DNA of 61,873 bases, filler included, from an uncultured virus (IMG/VR IMGVR_UViG_2049941000_000860) (Duplodnaviria > Heunggongvirae > Uroviricota > Caudoviricetes). It is 12 parts of one record of this genome, joined end to end, with 100 filler letters (N's around TTAATTAATTAA, not from the genome) between each part and the next. Parts side by side here need not be neighbours in the genome. Positions count along the whole stretch, not along the records: positions 1 to 744 come from IMGVR_UViG_2049941000_000860; positions 845 to 1,224 come from IMGVR_UViG_2049941000_000860; positions 1,325 to 3,491 come from IMGVR_UViG_2049941000_000860; positions 3,592 to 7,084 come from IMGVR_UViG_2049941000_000860; positions 7,185 to 14,481 come from IMGVR_UViG_2049941000_000860; 7 more parts are not named here. One strand, 5' to 3'. The stretch's first letter is position 1. Every line of letters begins with the position of its first letter. This document shows positions 1 through 9,716 of this stretch, piece after piece. Below the pieces are notes generated by a model. It was not told where the DNA came from. It was given only the letters and a program-made list of their open reading frames with translations, and did not search any database. Both the position numbers and the translations under genes were made by a program.

Positions 1-44
1 TCACGGGGAGCGGCTCCCCGTAAACGTAGTGTTCNNNNNNNNNN

Positions 45-702
45 GATAAATCGCCACATGGTTCGCACCGCAGACAAAGGCCTTATCAATGTCACTCTTC
101 AGATCTTCAAAGCTCTGTCCAGGAAGAGCGAAAATAAAATCCATTGATACTGTCTCGAAAGGAACCATCGAAAGCGTTTGATGAATCGCCTCGGCATCAA
201 AACCTGCCCGCCCCAAGATGTGTTGATACTTATGTTGGAAGGACTGTATGCCAATGCTGATTTTTGTGACCCCTGCTTCTTTAAGAGCCTTCAGGATATC
301 GGGCGTTACATTGTCCGGGTGTAATTCGACGCCAATACCTTCCGTAATGATGAAATGCTTTTGGATGGCATCAATTATCTCGCGTAATCGATTTGTTGCC
401 AGTGCAGGAGTCCCGCCGCCGAAGTACAGGCTTGTTACAGTTTTCTTATCAGTATGCTGACTTCCCACAAGATGTATCTCCCGGATCAGTGCATCAATAT
501 ACCGATCACAGGTGTCCGGGTCGTATTTCACTTTACAGTAAGGGCAGAAATTGCATATGCTCCTACAGAACGGGATGTGCACATATAATCCCAAACTCTC
601 ACAGTCTGAATATGGAAGAACCTGATCATAGTCATCCCGAAAGATAAAGGGCTTTACCGAACGTGTCAGCCACATTCTTGTCAGGTTTGTGATGATACTC
701 AT
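45..702 (-). CDS. HemN/coproporphyrinogen III oxidase-like radical SAM protein (partial, probably host)
   Basis: LYVHIPFCRSICNFC (CxxxCxxC), YFGGGTP, ISIGIQSF and DFIFALPGQ motifs. Confidence 0.85.
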
Positions 703-845
703 TATGTCAATCCTCAGATATACTTTAGATAGGTTCGCAGCATCNNNNNNNNNNNNNNNNNNNNNNNNNNNNNNNNNNNNNNNNNNNNTTAATTAATTAA
801 NNNNNNNNNNNNNNNNNNNNNNNNNNNNNNNNNNNNNNNNNNNNT

Positions 846-935
846 TCTCAATGCAGAACATGTCAATCAGTTTTCCGCCGTGCTCATCCAAAGTAACGTA
901 CCATATAAACCAATTATAATCCGGGATTAACAGTT
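846..935 (-). pseudogene. Fragment homologous to the C-terminus of the 51762-52709 gene
   Basis: Translates ELLIPDYNWFIWYVTLDEHGGKLIDMFCIE versus ELIIPDEDGYIWYVTLDEHGGRMIDMFHIE; homology stops abruptly near 936. Confidence 0.6.
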
Positions 936-1324
936 CTGAGGTAATGGGCAGATTTCAGGAGTTCCTACTATATTATAAATTCATGCAGGAGATAAGGGCG
1001 TATTGTGCAGAAGCCCGTGCAGTAATCCGTGAAATGCTCGCACTTTTGCAACAATTCGCATTGCAAGTTTCTTTAGTTGGGATTGCATTTTTCATTCGGC
1101 GATTTGTATCACTAACGCCTTAAGCTATAAATACGAGCATGTTGGTATCAGTTTTTGCTTATTTCATTTATGGCTTCGACACTTTAAATCAATCGCATAA
1201 AGCGATATTCTTTTCCATCTTTCANNNNNNNNNNNNNNNNNNNNNNNNNNNNNNNNNNNNNNNNNNNNTTAATTAATTAANNNNNNNNNNNNNNNNNNNN
1301 NNNNNNNNNNNNNNNNNNNNNNNN

Positions 1325-2119
1325 CTTGAGTATGTTATCCGAATCTAAGTAAACTGCGTACCCACTGCATGTCCCTTCTAAAACGCCTTTCTCTACCTCT
1401 TCAATAGTGACTTTGCTTAGAGAGTCAAACTCAAGCCACTGACCAGGTTGAAGTTTATAGAACGATAATGATGAAAAATCATAAACTGCTGGCGGTGTCG
1501 GATAGGAGGGTGATAATTTCCACTCAGCATTAACAACGTACAAATCGCAATCTCCTACATTGGTCCATTTAGCATGTTTCAAAACTTCCGCACCTTCGTA
1601 GCGTTTCCCTGCACCCGCGTCATCCGCCCAGGTCCACTCCGCATGCAGCCCGGGGTGCGGGCCGTCGTCCTCGGGCTTGAGCACGCCAATCGTGCAGGAC
1701 GCGGTATCGCTGCAGATCACCTCGTCCGTGCCGGGACGGTAGCCGGGAACTGTGGCGGTATAGGTGATCGTTCCCGCAAGGGTTTCGGTTTGCGTGCCTG
1801 GGGTGACTTTGTCTGTTTTGGCCGTGTCAACGACCCCCAGGAAAGGATGAGCATCCCAAGTCTCAACCGTTTCCCCGGGTTTCAGCAGATAGCGACTTGG
1901 CATAGTTCGATCAAGTGACCATCCATAACTCCGAGAATTATGACTATTATAGATTTCGATATCTACGTTCCCGGTGTTGGTGACAGTACCATGAAACCAA
2001 TACACTTCTCCTTCTTTAAACTCAGTTTTCTTTTCATCGGTATAATAGTCAAGTGCCGACAGATTAATGGTCAGGGCAGGCTTCTCCTCCCCGCCCGTGG
2101 CGGGGATGACCTCTGTCTT
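1325..2119 (-). CDS. Large surface protein fragment with Ig-like (NTGNV-type) repeat domains
   Basis: Open frame KTEVIPATGGEEKPALTI...TVTNTGNVDI...VTPGTQTETLAGTITY...WTNVGDCDL; continues from the Cys-rich fragment across the gap. Confidence 0.6.
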
Positions 2120-2510
2120 NNNNNNNNNNNNNNNNNNNNNNNNNNNNNNNNNNNNNNNNNNNNNNNNNNNNNNNNNNNNNNNNNNNNNNNNNNNNNNNNN
2201 NNNNNNNNNNNNNNNNNNNNNNNNNNNNNNNNNNNNNNNNNNNNNNNNNNNNNNNNNNNNNNNNNNNNNNNNNNNNNNNNNNNNNNNNNNNNNNNNNNNN
2301 NNNNNNNNNNNNNNNNNNNNNNNNNNNNNNNNNNNNNNNNNNNNNNNNNNNNNNNNNNNNNNNNNNNNNNNNNNNNNNNNNNNNNNNNNNNNNNNNNNNN
2401 NNNNNNNNNNNNNNNNNNNNNNNNNNNNNNNNNNNNNNNNNNNNNNNNNNNNNNNNNNNNNNNNNNNNNNNNNNNNNNNNNNNNNNNNNNNNNNNNNNNN
2501 NNNNNNNNNN

Positions 2511-2930
2511 GTGGCCGATGGCTTCCAGCGGGCGACGCCATTCGTAGTTGCAGCGCACGCAATAGTTGACTTCCTGCCCGGCGTCTTCGCAGGTGGGCGC
2601 TATCGCGATCGTCCAAGGCTTGGGGAAGTAGTGGCCGAGGGCGGGAATCTCCTCTTCGACGTCAACATAGCAGCGCAGGCAATAGCGCGTGCGCAGACCC
2701 TTCTCGGTGCAGGTGGCCTCATCCACGGTCTCCCACGCGCTCCAGTTGTGCCCCAGCGCGGGAGCGCTCTGCTCAAAGACCTCCTTTTTGCAGTACCTGC
2801 ATCGGTAGGTAGTGCCGCCGGGAGTGGTGCACCAGGGTTCTTTATAGTTGCCTGCGCCCCAGACATGCTTGCCGCCCGGGGCCATGGAACTGGTGCAGCC
2901 ATCCGTGGACGGCGCGGCCTGTCCCCCGGG
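2511..2930 (-). CDS. Cys/His-rich repeat region of the surface protein (allele 1)
   Basis: PSTDGCT...C-x2-C...PALGH-x-W repeats; homologous to 19542-19952. Confidence 0.7.
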
Positions 2931-2940
2931 NNNNNNNNNN

Positions 2941-3349
2941 CCGACAGCGTAGAAGCTGACAGTCGTGGTGCCGAGCAAGTTTTCTGTGTCTGTGCCGGGT
3001 GTCATGAAAACCGTTATCGGGTTTGACCCCCAAGAACTAGTGGCAGTTATGCCTGTTATTGTAATATGTTTATGTCTGTTTTGTCCATTTCCATAAGCAG
3101 CATATGTAACTACTTTCAGAGGAACGTTCCCTGAGTTGATGACGATAAAACGTGCATCGGCCCAATCTTCAGGAGTTAAGAGGCCTGGTTCAGTAGTGTT
3201 ATACCAACTATCCGTACTATTATACTTGATCTGATCATAAAGCCATGTTATCGTCAGCTCCGGCTTCGCCTCCTCGGGCTCCTCTCCGTCCGGGTAGGTC
3301 AGGGGGATGGAGATCGGAACTAAATTTGAAGTAATACCCTTGAGTATGT
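2941..3349 (-). CDS. Ig-like repeat domain fragment of the surface protein
   Basis: INSGNVPL and MTPGTDTENLLGTTTVSFY; aligns with 17975-18383. Confidence 0.6.
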
Positions 3350-3359
3350 NNNNNNNNNN

Positions 3360-3491
3360 CTTCATCGCGATCAAAGGATCAACGCCTGCTTCGTACAGGA
3401 GCGTCACATAATTGTGCCTCAAAAAGTGCGGAGTCAGCGTAGGCTTGACCTGTTTCAGGATGTCCCAGTTCTTCTCGGCGTGCGGGTCGTA
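3360..3491 (-). CDS. Tyrosine integrase C-terminal fragment (allele)
   Basis: LTPHFLRHNYVTLLYEAGVDPLIAMK (HxLRH box). Confidence 0.85.
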
Positions 3492-3591
3492 NNNNNNNNN
3501 NNNNNNNNNNNNNNNNNNNNNNNNNNNNNNNNNNNTTAATTAATTAANNNNNNNNNNNNNNNNNNNNNNNNNNNNNNNNNNNNNNNNNNNN

Positions 3592-3745
3592 TTGATCCGG
3601 AAGAAATACTTGAACGCGGAAGAATCTGTGAGTTATTCACATATTTATTTATTTTCCATACTCCTATCAAGCTATCTTCCTCTCCAAACGCCATCAAACC
3701 AAAACCGATGATTATTGTGAGCAATAAAGCAGCTATTCTTTTCAT
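3592..3745 (-). CDS. Secreted cassette-type protein (5' part)
   Basis: MKRIAALLLTIII signal peptide; upstream leader shared with the genes starting at 48674 and 50474. Confidence 0.6.
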
Positions 3746-3865
3746 AACCGTGTTTCCTTTCCGTTAATGTTTTGAAGATGATCTTCTATATATAAAGACA
3801 GTTTTCAAGCCCAAAACGAGACAAATTCTCTGTTAATTCTTTTTTAAATCTTTCGCTTTTTCTGC

Positions 3866-3894
3866 ATTATACCATTTTCCAACTGCTTTTTCAA
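3866..3894 (-). promoter_or_regulatory. SigA-type promoter downstream of the integrase remnant
   Basis: TTGAAA-17bp-TATAAT with TG extension, just after the hairpin CCGGGC-AAAAC-GCCCGG (~3911-3927). Confidence 0.6.
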
Positions 3895-3954
3895 TCCAAA
3901 ACGCAAAGAATCCGGGCAAAACGCCCGGAACCGTCATAATTCCAGCCTGTCAGC

Positions 3955-4039
3955 CCTTCTCCCTGCTCCCGAACACTTCTCCCATGTTCACCGTCGCCTT
4001 CTTCAGCATCTCGTCCCTAACGTGCGTGTAGATGTTCGC
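3955..4039 (-). pseudogene. Orphan integrase 3' end
   Basis: ANIYTHVRDEMLKKATVNMGEVFGS, joined without a gap and out of frame to an unrelated short ORF starting at 4079. Confidence 0.7.
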
Positions 4040-4164
4040 CGAGTCCAGGCTTGTAATATCCTTTCTTCTTGCTTGTCATAATCAAGGCCTCCTATGAATT
4101 ATTCTTCTATCACAGAAGGCCTCGGTTTTCTCTTGTTTACAGACTTTTCTTCTCATGCTCGCAT

Positions 4165-5097
4165 TTAATTTTCCGTGCGGCATGAAAAACGCGCTTTGCT
4201 GGACCTCCGTCCGGTATGTGGTATTCGTTCCTCTTCCAGTACCCACACCCAGCGCTTATCAGACTGACGCACAGATCGAACGCCCAGTTCCCTTTTAGCC
4301 CTGCGTATGGTAGCTGTTGAGAAACCCTGCGACAGCATCTCTGCCATCGCGTCAATGGCGCAGACTACATGACCTTTGAGCATATTACGCATATACAGCA
4401 TGGCTTCATTTAACTTCCCCGGATTTGGTGCCTTTGCCTGTTCTTCCAGATCATCCAATTCTTCCGGGTCACATGGGCCTATCCATTTTACATCGCCTAA
4501 TCCAACGATTTCATAAGCAAAGTCTTCACCCTGCATAGCGTCGTTGCACTTGATTTGTCTTATGTATCTGAGCGAGGAGTGATCATTAACTTTGAAAACA
4601 TGAATCATGCTCCTGACAATGGCGGATAAGTCTACACTGCCCATTCCCCGATACAGCGCTTTGGCTGACCTCTTCTTTGTGAAATGACCGACGAGAATGA
4701 CGGCGCAATCCGTTTCCGCTGCAAAACTGCAAATGGGAGCCAGCTCCATGCGGAGCCTTTGAGCTGAAGACATATTGCCTCTCAGATAGTTTTGTATGGG
4801 ATCGATCACAAGGATCTTAGCGCTTGTTTCCCGAACCGCTCTTTGTATGCGTGTATCGTTGATGGTCAGATCGGCTCCTTCAATAAACGAAACGGCGTCA
4901 AGGTCTGCACCCGAGTTGAGCAGCATTTGCTTCGTGACACTAGCTTTGCCTGCTTCCAGACACTGATAAATGGATGTTATTGGCTTATCCAGTCTGCTGC
5001 CATCCGGCATCATTCTGCCTTTGCTTGCTCTCGCAATGATATCCAGAAGCATGGATGATTTCCCACTTCCGGGGCAGCCTTGGACAATCGTCAAATG
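4165..5097 (-). CDS. AAA_25/RecA-like ATPase (partial)
   Basis: Walker A GCPGSGKS, Walker B ILVIDP, VILVGH, YRGMGS. Confidence 0.8.
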   Translation of the reverse strand, partial: HLTIVQGCPGSGKSSMLLDIIARASKGRMMPDGSRLDKPITSIYQCLEAGKASVTKQMLLNSGADLDAVSFIEGADLTINDTRIQRAVRETSAKILVIDPIQNYLRGNMSSAQRLRMELAPICSFAAETDCAVILVGHFTKKRSAKALYRGMGSVDLSAIVRSMIHVFKVNDHSSLRYIRQIKCNDAMQGEDFAYEIVGLGDVKWIGPCDPEELDDLEEQAKAPNPGKLNEAMLYMRNMLKGHVVCAIDAMAEMLSQGFSTATIRRAKRELGVRSVRQSDKRWVWVLEEERIPHTGRRSSKARFSCRTEN

Positions 5098-5107
5098 NNN
5101 NNNNNNN

Positions 5108-5414
5108 GTGTGATCTTGGTCACTTTGATCGCTTTGTTCATGCTCTCCGCGGTCCCGATAAAACTGTATGGATCGAGTTTGAGCACAGCGCATATGGACA
5201 ACCCAATGCGCATGCTGGCTCCCATAATGTTGCGCTCGCCGGATTCGAGCCGCTGGTATTGCTTGACCTGTATACCTGCCAACTTTGCTACCTGCTGCTG
5301 TGTCAGCCCCAGATGCTTTCTTCTATGTTTAAGAACGCCGGCATCGTCCAAACCAACGATATAGTCTTCGCCATTGATGCGCTGGAGAGGAAACTCAAAT
5401 TTAATAAAATCCAT
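5108..5414 (-). CDS. XRE-family HTH transcriptional regulator
   Basis: RKHLGLTQQQVAKLAGIQVKQYQRLESGER. Confidence 0.85.
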
Positions 5415-5466
5415 ATATTTACCTCAACACGTCCAAACGGACAATATTCCCTAATTGGTACTTTGT

Positions 5467-5495
5467 ATTATAGCATGAGCATATGTGTCTGTCAA
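5467..5495 (-). promoter_or_regulatory. Consensus SigA promoter for the XRE gene
   Basis: TTGACA-17bp-TATAAT with TG extension. Confidence 0.8.
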
Positions 5496-5589
5496 CTGAC
5501 ATAGAATAAAAAGCAAAAGTAATGCTATGAGCAACGAAGCACCGCGCCCATGAAAGGGGAGAGCAGTGTTAATCCGTCGTATGAGGATG

Positions 5590-7084
5590 TTAATCCTTCA
5601 TGTAAAACTCGCACTCATACCCATCAGCCCTCAGCACAGCCCCTGGTAGCCACGGCGGTACCCGGCCCATCTGTTCGCAGACTGCCTGCAAATTTACACC
5701 CTTGCTGGCTTCGATAATAAGTTCATCATGGATGTGCCCGCAGATGAAGCAGTGTGACAATGTTCGCATGGCGTAGCACAAAATGTCTCTGCTTATGGCC
5801 TGTACAATGTTTTCCACGAACTTTGGCCCATAACTTTCGATTCTCTCCCACTTTTTTGTGGTGCCAACACCCTCATAGGTGACTGATTCGCCACCAAACT
5901 TGTTGAAGTCAATCTTCGGCTTTACATAAGCCAGCCGTCTGCCGGAGGGCAAGGTGATAAACAGCATAGCGCTCTGGCACGTGAACTGGATGCCGTGTGT
6001 TTCGGTTTCTGTCCTCTGCCGGATTGCTTTCTTAACGGCCTCATCGGCAGCCCACCAGAAGGACACAATGTTGGGATTGGCCTCGCGCCATGCTGCGACC
6101 AGCGATGCCCTNNNNNNNNNNTTGAAGTTCCTCTTCTTTCAGGCCCATCTCCAAACCACCCATTGCCCGCAAGGCTCCGCTGCTGCCGCCGTAGCCCAAA
6201 GCCAACTCGGCTATTTTGCCTTTTTGCCGGAGATGACCGTTGATCCCGTGCTTCTCCACAGGCACATGAAACATCTGACTTGCACTTGCGCAGTAAATAT
6301 CACCGTTGTTGCGGAACACCTCCGTGCGCCAGGTTTCCCCGGCCAGGTACGCGATTACCCTGGCTTCAATGGCGCTGAAATCGCTGACGATAAACTTGTA
6401 TCCGGGCTTCGGCACGAAGGCTGTCCGGATCAGCTGACTGAGCGTATCGGGGACATCCTCATACAGCAGGCGGAGCATATCATAATCGCCTGCCTTGACG
6501 AGATCACGTGCAGACCCCAGATCCGGGATGTGATTCTGCGGCAAATTCTGCAACTGCACAAGCCTGCCTGCCCATCTCCCAGAGCGGTTCGCCCCATAGA
6601 ACTGGAACATTCCCCGGCAGCGCCCGTCTGCGCATACGCAGTTTTCCATGGCGATATACTTCTTCACGCTCGACCGGGCAAGCTGCTGACGGAGCTCCAG
6701 CGCCTTTGCCAGTTCCGGTGGCGCAGTTTTCAGCAGCTCTTTCACAGCTTTTTTGTCCAGTGATTCCACTTCCATCCCGTGATCGGCCAACCACTGCTTC
6801 ATCTGCGAAACGGAGTTTGGATTTTCCATCTGCGTCAGTCGTTGCATTTCGGCGGAGAGCTCGTCCCGGGATAGATCGTCAAGGGTGATGGCCTGTTTGA
6901 CCAACTCCCTGTCCAGGGCGATGCCCCGGTCGTTTATTTCTTCGGACAGATGGTATTCATCCCAAACGGAATCAGGAACAGGAAATGCAGACAGCTTTTT
7001 CTGTATCGCCATTTCTACTTCAACGTCACGCTTGTTATACTCTTTAAACACAGCCCACTTGTCAGGCGCGTGTTCCGGAAGATT
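5590..7084 (-). CDS. Phage family-A DNA polymerase (gapped)
   Basis: SDFSAIEARV (motif A), RQKGKIAELALGYGG (motif B), HIHDELIIE (motif C), ENIVQAISRD. Confidence 0.9.
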
Positions 7085-7184
7085 NNNNNNNNNNNNNNNN
7101 NNNNNNNNNNNNNNNNNNNNNNNNNNNNTTAATTAATTAANNNNNNNNNNNNNNNNNNNNNNNNNNNNNNNNNNNNNNNNNNNN

Positions 7185-8089
7185 GTGCCAAAGCCCTCAG
7201 GTACCCAGTGGGAGAAGTCCAGCCGCTGCTCTACCAGCACAACGGGGTCGGAACAGTGCTTCTTGGTCTCCGCCAGCTGTTCCATGACGAAGGCGCAGTA
7301 AGCGTCGGTGCAGTCTTCCATTTCATGATCTAACAGGGTCAACTCCCCGGTGGGGTCTTTTGCGTCCATGCCCAACGCCCGCATTACCTTATAGGCGGCA
7401 AGGCTGTGCGCCTGCGTGCCTTGCAGGGAATAGGGGGATGAGGTATCAGGGTATTCAGCTGCAAGCCTCGCGCTGGGCGGACAGTTNNNNNNNNNNGCCC
7501 AGCAGCTTCCTTTCATAGGGGTCAGCGCCGACTGCCTTGACGGCAAGCGCCACGGCGTCCTCGTCGGTGTACTTTGTTACGGAGCGTCCGGCTACAAGCT
7601 TAAACCCAGGATAGTGTGTGCCCGAGATCGCCTGCGCCAGGGCATGAGCTCTCACATCATCCGCCCACGCCACCAGCTCGTCCAGGCGGGGCAGTATTGC
7701 GGCGACTTCATCCTCGCTTAGTGTCGCAGGCGGCGTAAAGTCGTAGCGCGCCATTTCCAGGTTGTACTCGGCCCGTTTCCGGCAGGTAGCCTTGACGGGG
7801 CAGAACCGGCAGTGATCGCCCGCCTTGAAGGTGCCTTCTCCCTTGTATGCCAGTTTGGCGGTAGGGGCGAGCACAGGCTCAGCCCAGAAAAGCAGATCGC
7901 GCTTGCTGATCTCATACGTCGAAACATTGTCTCGCCGGGGCTGAAAGATGCTCATACGGATTGTGCGGATAGTGTAGATTTCGTCGAAAGCCTCCAACAG
8001 CCCCAGTGCGTAGCACATCATCTGCGGATTGCGCTCAGCTTCCACAAGAACGCCCATGCCGTATTTGAAATCGATGACGTGCAGGTGGT
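7185..8089 (-). CDS. DUF2800 (Cas4-like PD-(D/E)xK nuclease), two misordered fragments
   Basis: NCPPSARL, VEQRLDFS, HVIDFKYGMG, NPQMMCYALG, HCRFCPVKATCR. Confidence 0.85.
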
Positions 8090-8099
8090 NNNNNNNNNN

Positions 8100-8407
8100 C
8101 GGGGCCCTCCTTTGGAAGCTCCTGCTGCGCGGGCTCTCCCTTTTCAGGCCACGGCAGGTCGGGATCATGCGCCGGTGTCAGTTCCGCGTCACTTTTGAAC
8201 ATTTCGCGGATGGCAGATGCCGACCGGATGAGCGTCTCACCGCACGCGATAAGGGCATCCAGCGTCTGCATCAGTTCGTTCATTTTGCCCATGTTTTTTC
8301 TCCTTTTCCAAGATTTCCAGTTTCCTTGCCAATCGCCTTGCTACAACACTGATTGCGATCAGCACATCGATCAGTTCCTGATCATTGGCGGGCCTGTTTT
8401 CATCCAT
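8100..8407 (-). CDS. Two small phage early proteins (8237-8407; 8100-8292 partial)
   Basis: Both have an RBS (AAAGGAGG, AAGGAG); MDENRPANDQELIDVLIAISVVARRL and MGKMNELMQTLD. Confidence 0.55.
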
Positions 8408-8427
8408 GTGGACCTCCTTTCACCCGA

Positions 8428-8552
8428 TATGTAGCCAAACCACCTGTTTTTCCGGTCATCCGAAAACTTTTTTGAAGGACGCTCCGGATTTCGTCCTTCC
8501 ACAAGCTATGTAGCCAAAGGACCTGTTTTTCCGGTGCCCCCGAAACTTTTTT
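8428..8552 (-). repeat. Two ~45-bp direct repeats, 79 bp apart, upstream of the replication operon
   Basis: TATGTAGCCAAA-xx-ACCTGTTTTTCCGGT...CGAAA(A)CTTTTTT at 8428 and 8507. Confidence 0.75.
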
Positions 8553-9255
8553 CAGAAAACTTTTCACGCCCGCGCGCAGAAAAAATATTTTTCTGCGGAN
8601 NNNNNNNNNNNNNNNNNNNNNNNNNNNNNNNNNNNNNNNNNNNNNNNNNNNNNNNNNNNNNNNNNNNNNNNNNNNNNNNNNNNNNNNNNNNNNNNNNNNN
8701 NNNNNNNNNNNNNNNNNNNNNNNNNNNNNNNNNNNNNNNNNNNNNNNNNNNNNNNNNNNNNNNNNNNNNNNNNNNNNNNNNNNNNNNNNNNNNNNNNNNN
8801 NNNNNNNNNNNNNNNNNNNNNNNNNNNNNNNNNNNNNNNNNNNNNNNNNNNNNNNNNNNNNNNNNNNNNNNNNNNNNNNNNNNNNNNNNNNNNNNNNNNN
8901 NNNNNNNNNNNNNNNNNNNNNNNNNNNNNNNNNNNNNNNNNNNNNNNNNNNNNNNNNNNNNNNNNNNNNNNNNNNNNNNNNNNNNNNNNNNNNNNNNNNN
9001 NNNNNNNNNNNNNNNNNNNNNNNNNNNNNNNNNNNNNNNNNNNNNNNNNNNNNNNNNNNNNNNNNNNNNNNNNNNNNNNNNNNNNNNNNNNNNNNNNNNN
9101 NNNNNNNNNNNNNNNNNNNNNNNNNNNNNNNNNNNNNNNNNNNNNNNNNNNNNNNNNNNNNNNNNNNNNNNNNNNNNNNNNNNNNNNNNNNNNNNNNNNN
9201 NNNNNNNNNNNNNNNNNNNNNNNNNNNNNNNNNNNNNNNNNNNNTAGACACAATA

Positions 9256-9702
9256 ATGATCGAAAAAACAGGTCATCGCAATGTTCCTGCGGAGATACTT
9301 AATTCATGCAGACGGCAGTGGAAGCAGATGGGCATGATTGATCTTGTCTACGAGCATATGACTACGTGGTACGGCATCCAGGTTGCGCTGCTGCACCCGA
9401 CCGTAAAGGACGTCTTCCGTAATCCCCGAACCGAACCCGTATACGCGGCATATGGAAAGAAAGGCAATCACAGGAGATTTGTCCGTTATATCCGTAAGCA
9501 TGTCATTAACGCGGATGACATCCATAGGGCTCAATACGGCTCTGACCGTGAATTCGAACGCCACACACTGGTCTGGTATGTGATCGGTCATTGGCGTCAC
9601 TACGGGGACGGCAAAACGGTTTTCATTCAGCCCTACTGGAAAGGCGCATTGAGGGAGTTCCGTATGAGTCTCGACGGACGCGACCGTGAAATTATTCTGT
9701 GA
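9256..9702 (+). CDS. Hypothetical phage protein (partial)
   Basis: WYVIGHWRHY...FIQPYWKG C-terminal motif. Confidence 0.6.
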   Translation: MIEKTGHRNVPAEILNSCRRQWKQMGMIDLVYEHMTTWYGIQVALLHPTVKDVFRNPRTEPVYAAYGKKGNHRRFVRYIRKHVINADDIHRAQYGSDREFERHTLVWYVIGHWRHYGDGKTVFIQPYWKGALREFRMSLDGRDREIIL

Positions 9703-9716
9703 AAGGAGAACCAGAT

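Noticed and set aside
5590..8600. Apparent inversion of the polymerase module relative to the primase module
   Set aside because: Orientation across gaps is unreliable in this scaffold.
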